Below are positions 43,408 to 50,853 of a stretch of 64,000 bases of DNA, one piece after another; position 1 is the first letter of the stretch; the number at the start of each line of letters is the position of its first letter. A program made the translations under genes and the position numbers. A model generated the notes under the pieces. The model had not been told where the DNA came from and did not search any database. It was given only the letters and a program-made list of their open reading frames with translations. The stretch comes from Candidatus Bathyarchaeales archaeon (GTDB lineage Archaea; Thermoproteota; Bathyarchaeia; Bathyarchaeales; Bathycorpusculaceae), in NCBI GenBank assembly GCA_049717905.1, contig JBNASL010000001.1:7987-71986 (forward strand), in the 5' to 3' direction.

Positions 43408-44978
43408 GTGAATGAAAGAGTTTTAACACCCAATGTTTGAAGGTTCACTACAGGAACTAAGCCTGGTGTTGGAACAAAACCAAGCCTCCTCATATAATCC
43501 GTCTGCAATTGCCAACACCCTGAATTAACAACTAAAACTCCTCGATAATTTGCATATCCTAAAGTATGCACGTGGCCTGCATGGAAAATGTCTGGGACGC
43601 GTTCAATAACCAAAAAATCCCTCCTTTCAGGTGACAAAGGCGTTTTTCCGCCATAAACAGGCGCTAAATGGCGACATTGCAGAAACAAAGTCATAGCCTT
43701 CTCCGGATGGGTATAATCTATTCCAGGAACTGTGGATATAACGTCGTCGAGGCTGCGTCCATGATAAACTAGTACTTCCACTTTATGTAGACTGATAAAG
43801 CTTGGATTTCCCACAGAGTAAACTTTTCTTGACTCTTGCAGTGTTTCAAGGAATGCATTTGAAATTGGCGGTTGAGGCAGAGCTTTTCTTGGGGCATCAT
43901 GATTTCCAGGTATAATTACCACTTCAATGTATTCTGGAATTTGTTCAATGAATTTTGCAGCCAGCCTATACTGCCCATAAACATCTTTAACTGCCAATTC
44001 CTTAACTTGGTTTGGGTAAATTCCTATCCCGTCGACGATGTCTCCTGCTATCAAAACATATTTTACATGGCTTGCTATTTCTCGCATCTCTTCGTTCCCA
44101 TATTTGCCATTAAGCCATAAAATGAAACGGTCGAATGCTTCCTTCTGAAACATTGTGCTGCCCACGTGCATGTCTGATGTGAGTGCTGCATAAACTGGGA
44201 CTGAAGCCTTGTTCTGAGATTTTTGGGCTACTTCAGGCATGATTATGTCTTCAGCAATTAGCAAATTGCCTCTTGTTTTTGTAACACTTACGCATATCAC
44301 TTGATCCAACAGGAGCATCCTTGCCTTGTTTAAAAGTTCTGTCGAGGCGTTCTGGGGCACAAGCACCATGGCGTTTGCAGTCATGTCTTCAATGGTTAGG
44401 AAAACTTTTTGTTTGTGTTCTCGCTTTTCAGTGATCATGCCGATTACTTTAAGCTTGGTGTTGGGCGGTGCCTTTAAGGCTTCAACAATTGATGTCGCAC
44501 TCTTAACATCTATTCTCTGCCTCAAAAGCTTCTCAATACGCCTAAACCTGTCTCGAAAATATTCCAGATAATCCTCCATTGTTCCACTTGAGCTCAACTT
44601 GCTGCCAAAATCCTCAATTATATTAAGATTTGCTTCCACTTCTTTTGCATAAGGGCGAAAGAGCTTTTTCCCCTCTAGGATCTGTTTTGGGGGCTCCTGC
44701 TCAATTGCGGGTAATTTTTTGGCTTCTTCTATCTTTGGCTGAGCTAAGCCTTCTTCAATGGGTTCCAGCTTCTTTGTAAGCTCTTCTAGAAACCTTCTTT
44801 CAATGAACAAGGGCTTGTCTTTTAGGGTTTCTATTTTTTCCAATGCTCTATTTACAACTTCCACAGGGTCTTCCACTGCGGCTATGATGTTTAAAAATTC
44901 AAAAGCTTCCTTGTTTAGCTGATAACCTGCTGTAAGCGTTAATTCCACAGCTTTTTGCAGCTTTTCAGCGTTGTTCAT
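43404..44978 (-). CDS. polB: DNA polymerase II (PolD) small subunit DP1
   Basis: 524 aa. Has an OB-fold middle part and a C-terminal calcineurin-like phosphoesterase domain (LTSDMHVGS, AGDIVDG, PGNHD, HAGHVH). Confidence 0.9.
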   Translation of the reverse strand: MNNAEKLQKAVELTLTAGYQLNKEAFEFLNIIAAVEDPVEVVNRALEKIETLKDKPLFIERRFLEELTKKLEPIEEGLAQPKIEEAKKLPAIEQEPPKQILEGKKLFRPYAKEVEANLNIIEDFGSKLSSSGTMEDYLEYFRDRFRRIEKLLRQRIDVKSATSIVEALKAPPNTKLKVIGMITEKREHKQKVFLTIEDMTANAMVLVPQNASTELLNKARMLLLDQVICVSVTKTRGNLLIAEDIIMPEVAQKSQNKASVPVYAALTSDMHVGSTMFQKEAFDRFILWLNGKYGNEEMREIASHVKYVLIAGDIVDGIGIYPNQVKELAVKDVYGQYRLAAKFIEQIPEYIEVVIIPGNHDAPRKALPQPPISNAFLETLQESRKVYSVGNPSFISLHKVEVLVYHGRSLDDVISTVPGIDYTHPEKAMTLFLQCRHLAPVYGGKTPLSPERRDFLVIERVPDIFHAGHVHTLGYANYRGVLVVNSGCWQLQTDYMRRLGFVPTPGLVPVVNLQTLGVKTLSFT

Positions 44979-45571
44979 AGTTTAATGTTTCTCCAGTCCT
45001 GCTTTTTGGGAACCACCACATACCCTTCTTCCTCGTCGCCTAAGGCTTCTGTTAAGCCTTGCATATGAAGGTAAGCTGTTAGGGCGGCGGTCACCGCATC
45101 AATTTCATGAGGCTTTAAAGCGCGCACTTTTAGGCTTCCTTCTAGGCTCATGCTTTCTAAAGTTTTTTGGGCTTCTCTCCAGTCTTTTAATGGCATGTTA
45201 AGCGCCTTGCGAGTTGATGTCGGGTGCACTTCTATTGTTTCTATTCCTTTTTCCGTTATTAACCTATTTAGCTTGATTGCGCGAAGGGTTAGCCTCTTCA
45301 TGGCTGGCAAGCCAGGTGGGAAAACGCGGTATCCCCTTCTTATTAGCTCCTTGTCCGCTTTTCTGAATAAGCCCTTTTTTGGGAGTTTAAGGGGAGCGTC
45401 GATTGCTACAATTGTGGGCTTAATACGCGTGATTTTTTCTATAATTTCGTTATCCGTGTAAATGAGCGCAGTTTCCACCATTTTGTTTTCCCATAAAGCC
45501 CATCCTGTGGGATTTTTCTGTTTGCCAGCCAAATCTATACCAATTATAACTTTATTTTCCAATATCGACAC
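44975..45571 (-). CDS. Predicted RNase H-fold nuclease (DUF429-like)
   Basis: 198 aa. Contains IIGIDLAGKQKNPTGWALW and IVAIDAPLKLP. Its stop overlaps the DP1 start by 4 nt. Confidence 0.5.
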   Translation of the reverse strand: MSILENKVIIGIDLAGKQKNPTGWALWENKMVETALIYTDNEIIEKITRIKPTIVAIDAPLKLPKKGLFRKADKELIRRGYRVFPPGLPAMKRLTLRAIKLNRLITEKGIETIEVHPTSTRKALNMPLKDWREAQKTLESMSLEGSLKVRALKPHEIDAVTAALTAYLHMQGLTEALGDEEEGYVVVPKKQDWRNIKL

Positions 45572-45640
45572 CAGTACTTAAGTTTATATATTGAATACTT
45601 GTTTTAGATGTGTTAATATATTTGCAGCCATGTATACATT

Positions 45641-46651
45641 ATGGTGATTGTAATGGGCGAAGTTCGTAAGGTTCAACGCACTCCAAGCGGCACTTTCTTT
45701 GTTTGTATACCTAAGGATTGGGCTGAACGTTATGGTTTGAAACGGGGCTCCACTGTTGCTGTAAGCGAAACAAGCGACGGTAAACTTCTTATAGACCCTA
45801 AATATGGTGCTGTTTCTTCTCCCCGCGTTGCAATTTTAAAGCCTGTGCCTTATTTGAGCCGCGAAATTACCGGGAAGTATTTGCTGGGCTTCGACATTAT
45901 CCGTGTGGAGGGAAAAGAACGCATTAGCTTTGAGGTGCGAGAGGATGTTAAGAAGACTGCTAGCCGCCTCGTGGGCTTGGAAATAGTTGAGGAGGATTAT
46001 TCAAAAATAGTTTTGCAGTGTTTACTGGAACCTTCGAGTTTTCCACCCGATAAGATTCTCCGAAGGGGCTACACCATTGCCGCTGGCATGCACCGTGATG
46101 TTGTTAATGCACTGGTGAGTGGAGATGTTTCTTTGGCTAAAAGTGTTATAGCCCGCGATGAGGAGGTTAACAGGCTTTACTTTCTTCTTATACGCATTCT
46201 TAGAACCATAATTCAGAACCCAAGCTTAAGCGAAAAGTTGGGGGTTCAGCCAATTGAATGCTTAGATTACCGTTTGACGGCGAGTTTGGTGGAGAACATC
46301 GGCGACGAGTGCGTGCGCGCCGCATACAAGGTTGTGGCGCTTAAAGGAGCAAAATTAACTGAGGACTTGAAAAAGACATTTGTCGAATTTCACGCAACGT
46401 GTTTCGAATCCCATGAAAACGCTTTGAACGCCTTCTTGGCTGGTGATGTTGCACTAGCCGTAACTGTAGGCGCCATGCGTGAAAAGATTATAAAAATTTT
46501 CGATGTTCTTGAAAAGAGCACTAAAGCACAAAGCCCCGACATAGTGCCCCACTTTCTAGCTACTGCCTCATCCCTAATGCAGATCTACGAACACAGTGTA
46601 GACATAGCAGACTTAGTAATGCCTAAGAAGCTACAATCTCAAAGTATATGA
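45641..46651 (+). CDS. PhoU-domain regulator with an N-terminal AbrB/SpoVT-type DNA-binding domain
   Basis: 336 aa. The N-terminus FFVCIPKDWAERYGLKRGSTVAV is AbrB-like, followed by two PhoU-like helical repeats (ARDEEVNRLY...). Confidence 0.7.
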   Translation: MVIVMGEVRKVQRTPSGTFFVCIPKDWAERYGLKRGSTVAVSETSDGKLLIDPKYGAVSSPRVAILKPVPYLSREITGKYLLGFDIIRVEGKERISFEVREDVKKTASRLVGLEIVEEDYSKIVLQCLLEPSSFPPDKILRRGYTIAAGMHRDVVNALVSGDVSLAKSVIARDEEVNRLYFLLIRILRTIIQNPSLSEKLGVQPIECLDYRLTASLVENIGDECVRAAYKVVALKGAKLTEDLKKTFVEFHATCFESHENALNAFLAGDVALAVTVGAMREKIIKIFDVLEKSTKAQSPDIVPHFLATASSLMQIYEHSVDIADLVMPKKLQSQSI

Positions 46652-46661
46652 GGTTGTCTGC

Positions 46662-47483
46662 TTGCATTTGCCAGAACCCGGCAAAAAACAGTACCACATT
46701 GCATGTGGAAAAGGCGACTTGGCAGAGTATCTGCTTGTTCCAGGAGACCCTGATCGTGTTCCAAAGATAGCTAGATTTTGGTATTCATCAAAAGAAATCT
46801 CCTGCCACCGTGAATTTCGAAGCTTTACAGGCAAATACAAAGGAATTCGGGTTTCCGCCATATCCAGCGGCATCGGACCAGCTTGCATGGCCATTGTGGT
46901 TAACGAGGCTTCCGCTTTGGGAGTTCACACCTTCATCCGTGTGGGCAGCACTGGCGCCATACAAAAAGACATTAAATGCGGAGACCTTATAATTTCTTCA
47001 GCCGCTGTTCGCTTAGACTGCACAAGCAACTGTTACATTACGCCCGAATACCCTGCCGCAGCCAACTATGAAGTTTTATTAGCGCTAATTGAAGCAGCTG
47101 AAACCCTTGGCATAAGCAACTATCATGTGGGCGTAACCGCCACAACCGCAGACTTTTACGCTGGGCAAAACCGCTCGCCCACGTCTCGCATGCCACTTCA
47201 GCAAACCGGAAGTCTTATTGCGGTGATGCAAAATGCTGGGGTGCTCAACTTTGAAATGGAAACCGCAACCTTATACACTTTGGCAAGCCTAAAGGGTTTA
47301 AGAGCAGGCTCCATATGCGCCGTATACGCCAACAGATGCACCGACGAATTCAAACCCGGAGAAGGCGAAGAAAGCGCCATAAAAACTGCCAACGAAGCAG
47401 TAAAAATCCTCCACGAATGGGACAACAAAAAAGCTGGGAAAAAGAAAAAGTGGCTTTACCCATCGCTAATAACAACTGTGTGA
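46662..47483 (+). CDS. Uridine/purine nucleoside phosphorylase (PNP/UDP family 1)
   Basis: 273 aa. Contains LLVPGDPDRV, IRVGSTGA and FEMETATLY blocks. TTG start. Confidence 0.8.
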   Translation: MHLPEPGKKQYHIACGKGDLAEYLLVPGDPDRVPKIARFWYSSKEISCHREFRSFTGKYKGIRVSAISSGIGPACMAIVVNEASALGVHTFIRVGSTGAIQKDIKCGDLIISSAAVRLDCTSNCYITPEYPAAANYEVLLALIEAAETLGISNYHVGVTATTADFYAGQNRSPTSRMPLQQTGSLIAVMQNAGVLNFEMETATLYTLASLKGLRAGSICAVYANRCTDEFKPGEGEESAIKTANEAVKILHEWDNKKAGKKKKWLYPSLITTV

Positions 47484-47527
47484 AAACCCTTTTAGACAAC
47501 CAAAACACTTTCTACAATGCCCGACGT

Positions 47528-47661
47528 GCCGGGGTGGCGGAGTGGTTATCGCGCTGGCCTCGAGATCCAACTGGCCTAATAACTAGGGGGTTAAGAGAGA
47601 AAAAGGACAAGCAAGCCAGTGGGCCTTCGGGCTCGCAGGGGTTCGAATCCCCTCCCCGGCG
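47528..47661 (+). tRNA. tRNA-Ser (anticodon CGA) with a roughly 49-nt intron at the canonical 37/38 position
   Basis: Hand-folded. The acceptor GCCGGGG pairs with CCCCGGC, followed by discriminator G. The D arm is GCG/CGC. The anticodon stem is CTGGC/GCCAG with loop CTCGAGA. There is a long variable arm TGGGCCTTCGGGCTCGC. The T arm is AGGGG-TTCGAAT-CCCCT. CCA is not encoded. Confidence 0.85.
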
Positions 47662-47694
47662 CTTATGCCGAACCATTAAGTCTGTCAACTTGTA

Positions 47695-47714
47695 TTTTTA
47701 ACGGAAGGTTTTTT
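47695..47714 (+). terminator. Oligo-T tracts (T5 and T6) downstream of tRNA-Ser
   Basis: GTATTTTTAACGGAAGGTTTTTTGG. Archaeal termination commonly uses oligo-T runs. Confidence 0.3.
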
Positions 47715-47756
47715 GGAAAGGATACTGTTGATATTTGAGAGATAAAGTGAAATAAC

Positions 47757-47870
47757 ATGAGTAGAGAACAGGATTCTAGTAGAAAAGCAAAAGAGAGCGC
47801 TCGTCGTAGCAAAGAGAGAGGCCGCCAAACTAGACGAACTCGTGGTGGAAAGAAACAGAAGAGAAGATAA
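47757..47870 (+). CDS. Speculative 37-aa highly basic micro-ORF
   Basis: My translation is MSREQDSSRKAKESARRSKERGRQTRRTRGGKKQKRR. It is below the track cutoff and no family was recognised. Confidence 0.2.
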   Translation: MSREQDSSRKAKESARRSKERGRQTRRTRGGKKQKRR

Positions 47871-47996
47871 TAGTGGCAAAGTGGTGTTGGGTGGCCCTTC
47901 CACACTTTTGTTCCCCCTAAAACAAATATTCATAGTTTCATAACGTTTGTTAAAGATGCTTAAAGTGAGGGATTTGCCATACTTGAGTTTCTCGCT

Positions 47997-48485
47997 TTGT
48001 TTTTGCTAGGTTTTATCGTGGGGCTTAGCGGTGCAGTAATTCCTGGTCCTCTTTTGGCATTCGTCGTCTTCGACGCCGTCAGAAAACGTAAGGTTACAGG
48101 TCACTTCGTTATCGCAGGGCACGTGGTGTGGGAGACTCTTATAATTTTTCTAATTCTTTTCGGTCTTGGTAGCATAATATTGCAGTATAAACTGTTTGTT
48201 TACGTGGTTGGCGGGACGGTTCTGGTGTTGATGGGCGCGCTTATGGTTAAGGGCATAGGTGAAGTAAAAATTAAAGAGTCAAAAGTTAGCTCATCCCTGC
48301 TAGGCGGGATTTTCTACACCGCTTTTAACCCCACTCAGCCTCCATGGTGGGCTTCTGCTGGATTGGCTTTGCTCCTTCAAGGGTATGAACTTGTAGGAAG
48401 CATCGGCATAATAATAGTAACAGCGGGACATCGGCTCGCCGACCTAATTTACTATTTCCTAATATTTTACATAACCTGCAAATAG
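47997..48485 (+). CDS. LysE/RhtB-type amino-acid exporter, possibly truncated or frameshifted at the 3' end
   Basis: 162 aa. The N-terminus LLGFIVGLSGAVIPGPLLAFVV is typical of LysE-type translocators. A C-terminal-like TM segment (ALTLGVFVVALGVYFIINGIIK) is encoded in another frame at about 48520-48588. Confidence 0.55.
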   Translation: MFLLGFIVGLSGAVIPGPLLAFVVFDAVRKRKVTGHFVIAGHVVWETLIIFLILFGLGSIILQYKLFVYVVGGTVLVLMGALMVKGIGEVKIKESKVSSSLLGGIFYTAFNPTQPPWWASAGLALLLQGYELVGSIGIIIVTAGHRLADLIYYFLIFYITCK

Positions 48486-48613
48486 GACAGATTTGTTGCC
48501 CCACGGCAAAGGTAAATAGCCTTAACCCTTGGAGTTTTTGTCGTGGCGCTTGGCGTCTATTTCATAATCAACGGAATTATAAAGTAGGCGTGTGCAATAA
48601 AATGAGGGGTTGT

Positions 48614-49120
48614 TTATTTTAGGAGTAAATCGCCTTTCTTTTTGACGTAGCCGACGAGGCCTCCCGCTTCTAAAATCTGTAAAAGCTGCTGTGGGAAAGG
48701 CTTAAACTTCGCTTCCAAATTGCGCGTTACGTTTCTCACGGTGCTTTTTGCAATGTCTATTTCCAGCAGGTCCGCCTCAAAAGTTGAATCTACAAACGTT
48801 TCGTCCACAACAAGGGCGGGCAAACCCACGTTTATAGCGTTTCTGAAAAAAATTCTCGCAAAAGACTTTGCAACTACGGCGGATATGCCGGCTGCCACCA
48901 TAACCCTTGGAGCTTGTTCCCTGCTGGAGCCGCAGCCAAAGTTTTTACCTGCAACAACTATGTCGCCTGGCTTAATTCTAGAAACAAGCGTAGGGTCTAT
49001 ATCTTCGAATATGTGCTTCGCCATATCTTCCACAGAGACGGATCTAAACTTGTATCTGCCAGCTATGACGAGATCCGTGTTAACGTCGTCTCCAAGTTTA
49101 ATCACTTTTCCCTTAAACAT
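48614..49120 (-). CDS. Homoaconitase / 3-isopropylmalate dehydratase small subunit (LeuD/HacB type)
   Basis: 168 aa. Contains GDDVNTDLVIAGRY and GKNFGCGSSREQAP. Confidence 0.85.
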   Translation of the reverse strand: MFKGKVIKLGDDVNTDLVIAGRYKFRSVSVEDMAKHIFEDIDPTLVSRIKPGDIVVAGKNFGCGSSREQAPRVMVAAGISAVVAKSFARIFFRNAINVGLPALVVDETFVDSTFEADLLEIDIAKSTVRNVTRNLEAKFKPFPQQLLQILEAGGLVGYVKKKGDLLLK

Positions 49121-49124
49121 GCCC

Positions 49125-50336
49125 CTATTCCCTCAAATACTTTCTAGGATCAGCTATTTTTCCCTCTAAGGCTGTGGCCGCAGCTGTTGCAGGGCTGGCT
49201 AAAAATATTTTTGCGCTTGGATCTCCCATTCTTCCTGTGAAGTTTCTGTTCGCTGTGGATACTGCTATTTCCTCAGGGGCAAGCAGTCCCATATGGGCGC
49301 CCACACATGGCCCGCATGTTGGAGGGCCTATGACGCAGCCTGCCTTTAATAAAGTTGTAATAACGCCGTTTTCTATAGCCTTCTCATAAACTTGTCTGGA
49401 AGCAGGAATAACCACGCATCTTAAGCCTTTCTTTACCTTTTTGCCGTTCAATATTTTTGCAGCTATTTCTAAGTCTTCAAGTCTGCCGTTAGTGCAGCTT
49501 CCTATAAATACCTCATTTACCTCCGTGTTTTCAACCTCTGAAACTGGGGCAACATTAGAGGGAAGCGGAGGTTTAGCAATAAGGGGGTCTAGGCGACTGC
49601 AGTCTAAATCTATTTCCCTAAAATAAACCGCATCCCTATCAGGAGTGAAGGGCTCTACTGGGAATATCGCGGCTTTTGCGCCCATTTCAGCGGAAAGATT
49701 AGAAATTGTGGCCTTAGAAGATTGGGAAAGTTTTGGCGAAAGTTCGTCGTGATATTCAATGGCCATGTAACTTGCGCCGTCTGTGCCCAGCTCTTTTAGC
49801 AAAGCAAGGGCTATGTCCTTTGAAAAAACGCCTAAACCCAAAATGCCCTTGAGCATAACCTTTATGCTTTCTGGAACCTTAAACCATAACTTTCCAGTTG
49901 TAAGTGCAAAAGCGGCGTCGGTGCTGCCGACGCCTACTGCAAATGCCCCTGCTGCTCCATGAATAGTGGTGTGAGAATCTGCTCCGACCACAACGTACCC
50001 GGGTTGCGCAAAATGGTGATCCATGACTACTTGGTGGCATACGCCTTCTCCTACGTCGAAGAGTTTAATGCCGTGGAGGGCGGCAAACCTCCTCATTTTT
50101 TTATGCAGAATGGAAGATTGTACAGAAGGGCTTGGCGCCGCGTGATCAATGAAGAGCGCACTTTTACTCGCTAGTTTTAGGGTGGTTACGCCGAACTCGC
50201 TTATTGCGTCTATCATTAAAGGAGCTGTTCCATCATGGGCAAAAACAAAGTCAACATTGGCTACGACAAATTCTCCAGGCTCCACACGCTTGGCTTCCGA
50301 AGCTTTGGCGAGGATTTTTTCAGCGGTTGTTGCCAT
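49125..50336 (-). CDS. Homoaconitase / 3-isopropylmalate dehydratase large subunit (LeuC/HacA type)
   Basis: 403 aa. Aconitase-family blocks are present: HQVV, GADSHT, GSCTNGR, and the Fe-S ligands of CGPCVG. Confidence 0.9.
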   Translation of the reverse strand: MATTAEKILAKASEAKRVEPGEFVVANVDFVFAHDGTAPLMIDAISEFGVTTLKLASKSALFIDHAAPSPSVQSSILHKKMRRFAALHGIKLFDVGEGVCHQVVMDHHFAQPGYVVVGADSHTTIHGAAGAFAVGVGSTDAAFALTTGKLWFKVPESIKVMLKGILGLGVFSKDIALALLKELGTDGASYMAIEYHDELSPKLSQSSKATISNLSAEMGAKAAIFPVEPFTPDRDAVYFREIDLDCSRLDPLIAKPPLPSNVAPVSEVENTEVNEVFIGSCTNGRLEDLEIAAKILNGKKVKKGLRCVVIPASRQVYEKAIENGVITTLLKAGCVIGPPTCGPCVGAHMGLLAPEEIAVSTANRNFTGRMGDPSAKIFLASPATAAATALEGKIADPRKYLRE

Positions 50337-50602
50337 ACTTCAAAGTTCCTTTAAACTTGTATGTTTTGCCCCACGTTTAAGCTAACTTGGTAAAACCATA
50401 ACATAGCCTTTATATAAACATGCATGGTTAAAAGCCCTTTTTCTGCCTTTTTGTGAGGCAACTTTTAAAAGATAGCAATTGCTGCTACAGCCACTGTAAA
50501 TGTATCAGTTGGAACATAAACGGTTATTTTTTGTTACAATTATGCCGTAAAAGTTAAAAGAAAGATTTTTGCTTAAAACCCCTTCATTTAAGGTGAAACT
50601 AT

Positions 50603-50779
50603 ATGAAAACTGCAAGGTGCCCCGACTGTGATTCAGAACTTAATCTTTCAGGAGAGGTTGTACAGGGGGAAATTTTAAGTTGCCCAGGATGCGGTCTTGA
50701 ACTTGAAATAGTTGTGGTGAACGGAGATTCTGTGGAATTGCGAGAGCTGGTAATCGAGGGCGAGGATTGGGGAGAATAG
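50603..50779 (+). CDS. lysW: Amino-group carrier protein LysW
   Basis: Not in the ORF track (58 aa). My translation is MKTARCPDCDSELNLSGEVVQGEILSCPGCGLELEIVVVNGDSVELRELVIEGEDWGE. It has a CxxC...CxxC zinc ribbon and the acidic C-terminal EDWGE tail, directly upstream of lysX. Confidence 0.85.
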   Translation: MKTARCPDCDSELNLSGEVVQGEILSCPGCGLELEIVVVNGDSVELRELVIEGEDWGE

Positions 50780-50853
50780 CCATCTCTGTCCAATGCTCTG
50801 CAAATTCCTAAAACACTGTTATACCTTTTTGATGGACGCTAGAAGGCTGAGAA

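Noticed and set aside
47663-47933. Two overlapping minus-strand ORFs of 80 and 82 aa
   Set aside because: They are low-complexity Leu/Ser/Phe-rich translations of a pyrimidine-rich strand, the complement of an AG-rich tract. They overlap each other in different frames, so they are almost certainly non-coding.
47484-48000. Integrated mobile element at tRNA-Ser
   Set aside because: There is no integrase, transposase or viral gene nearby. I did not spot a duplicated tRNA 3' segment by eye. This cannot be fully excluded without a repeat search.
50337-50602. Divergent promoter region between the homoaconitase-type genes and lysW as a site for a riboswitch or leader peptide
   Set aside because: I could see TATA-like boxes but no convincing conserved structure, leader ORF or repeat. 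A regulator-binding site may exist, but it cannot be called from the sequence alone.
50599-50793. 64-aa minus-strand ORF in the track (MDRDGYSPQSSPSITSS...)
   Set aside because: It is a low-complexity Ser/Pro-rich antisense shadow of the plus-strand lysW gene. The lysW gene has a clear family signature and operon context.
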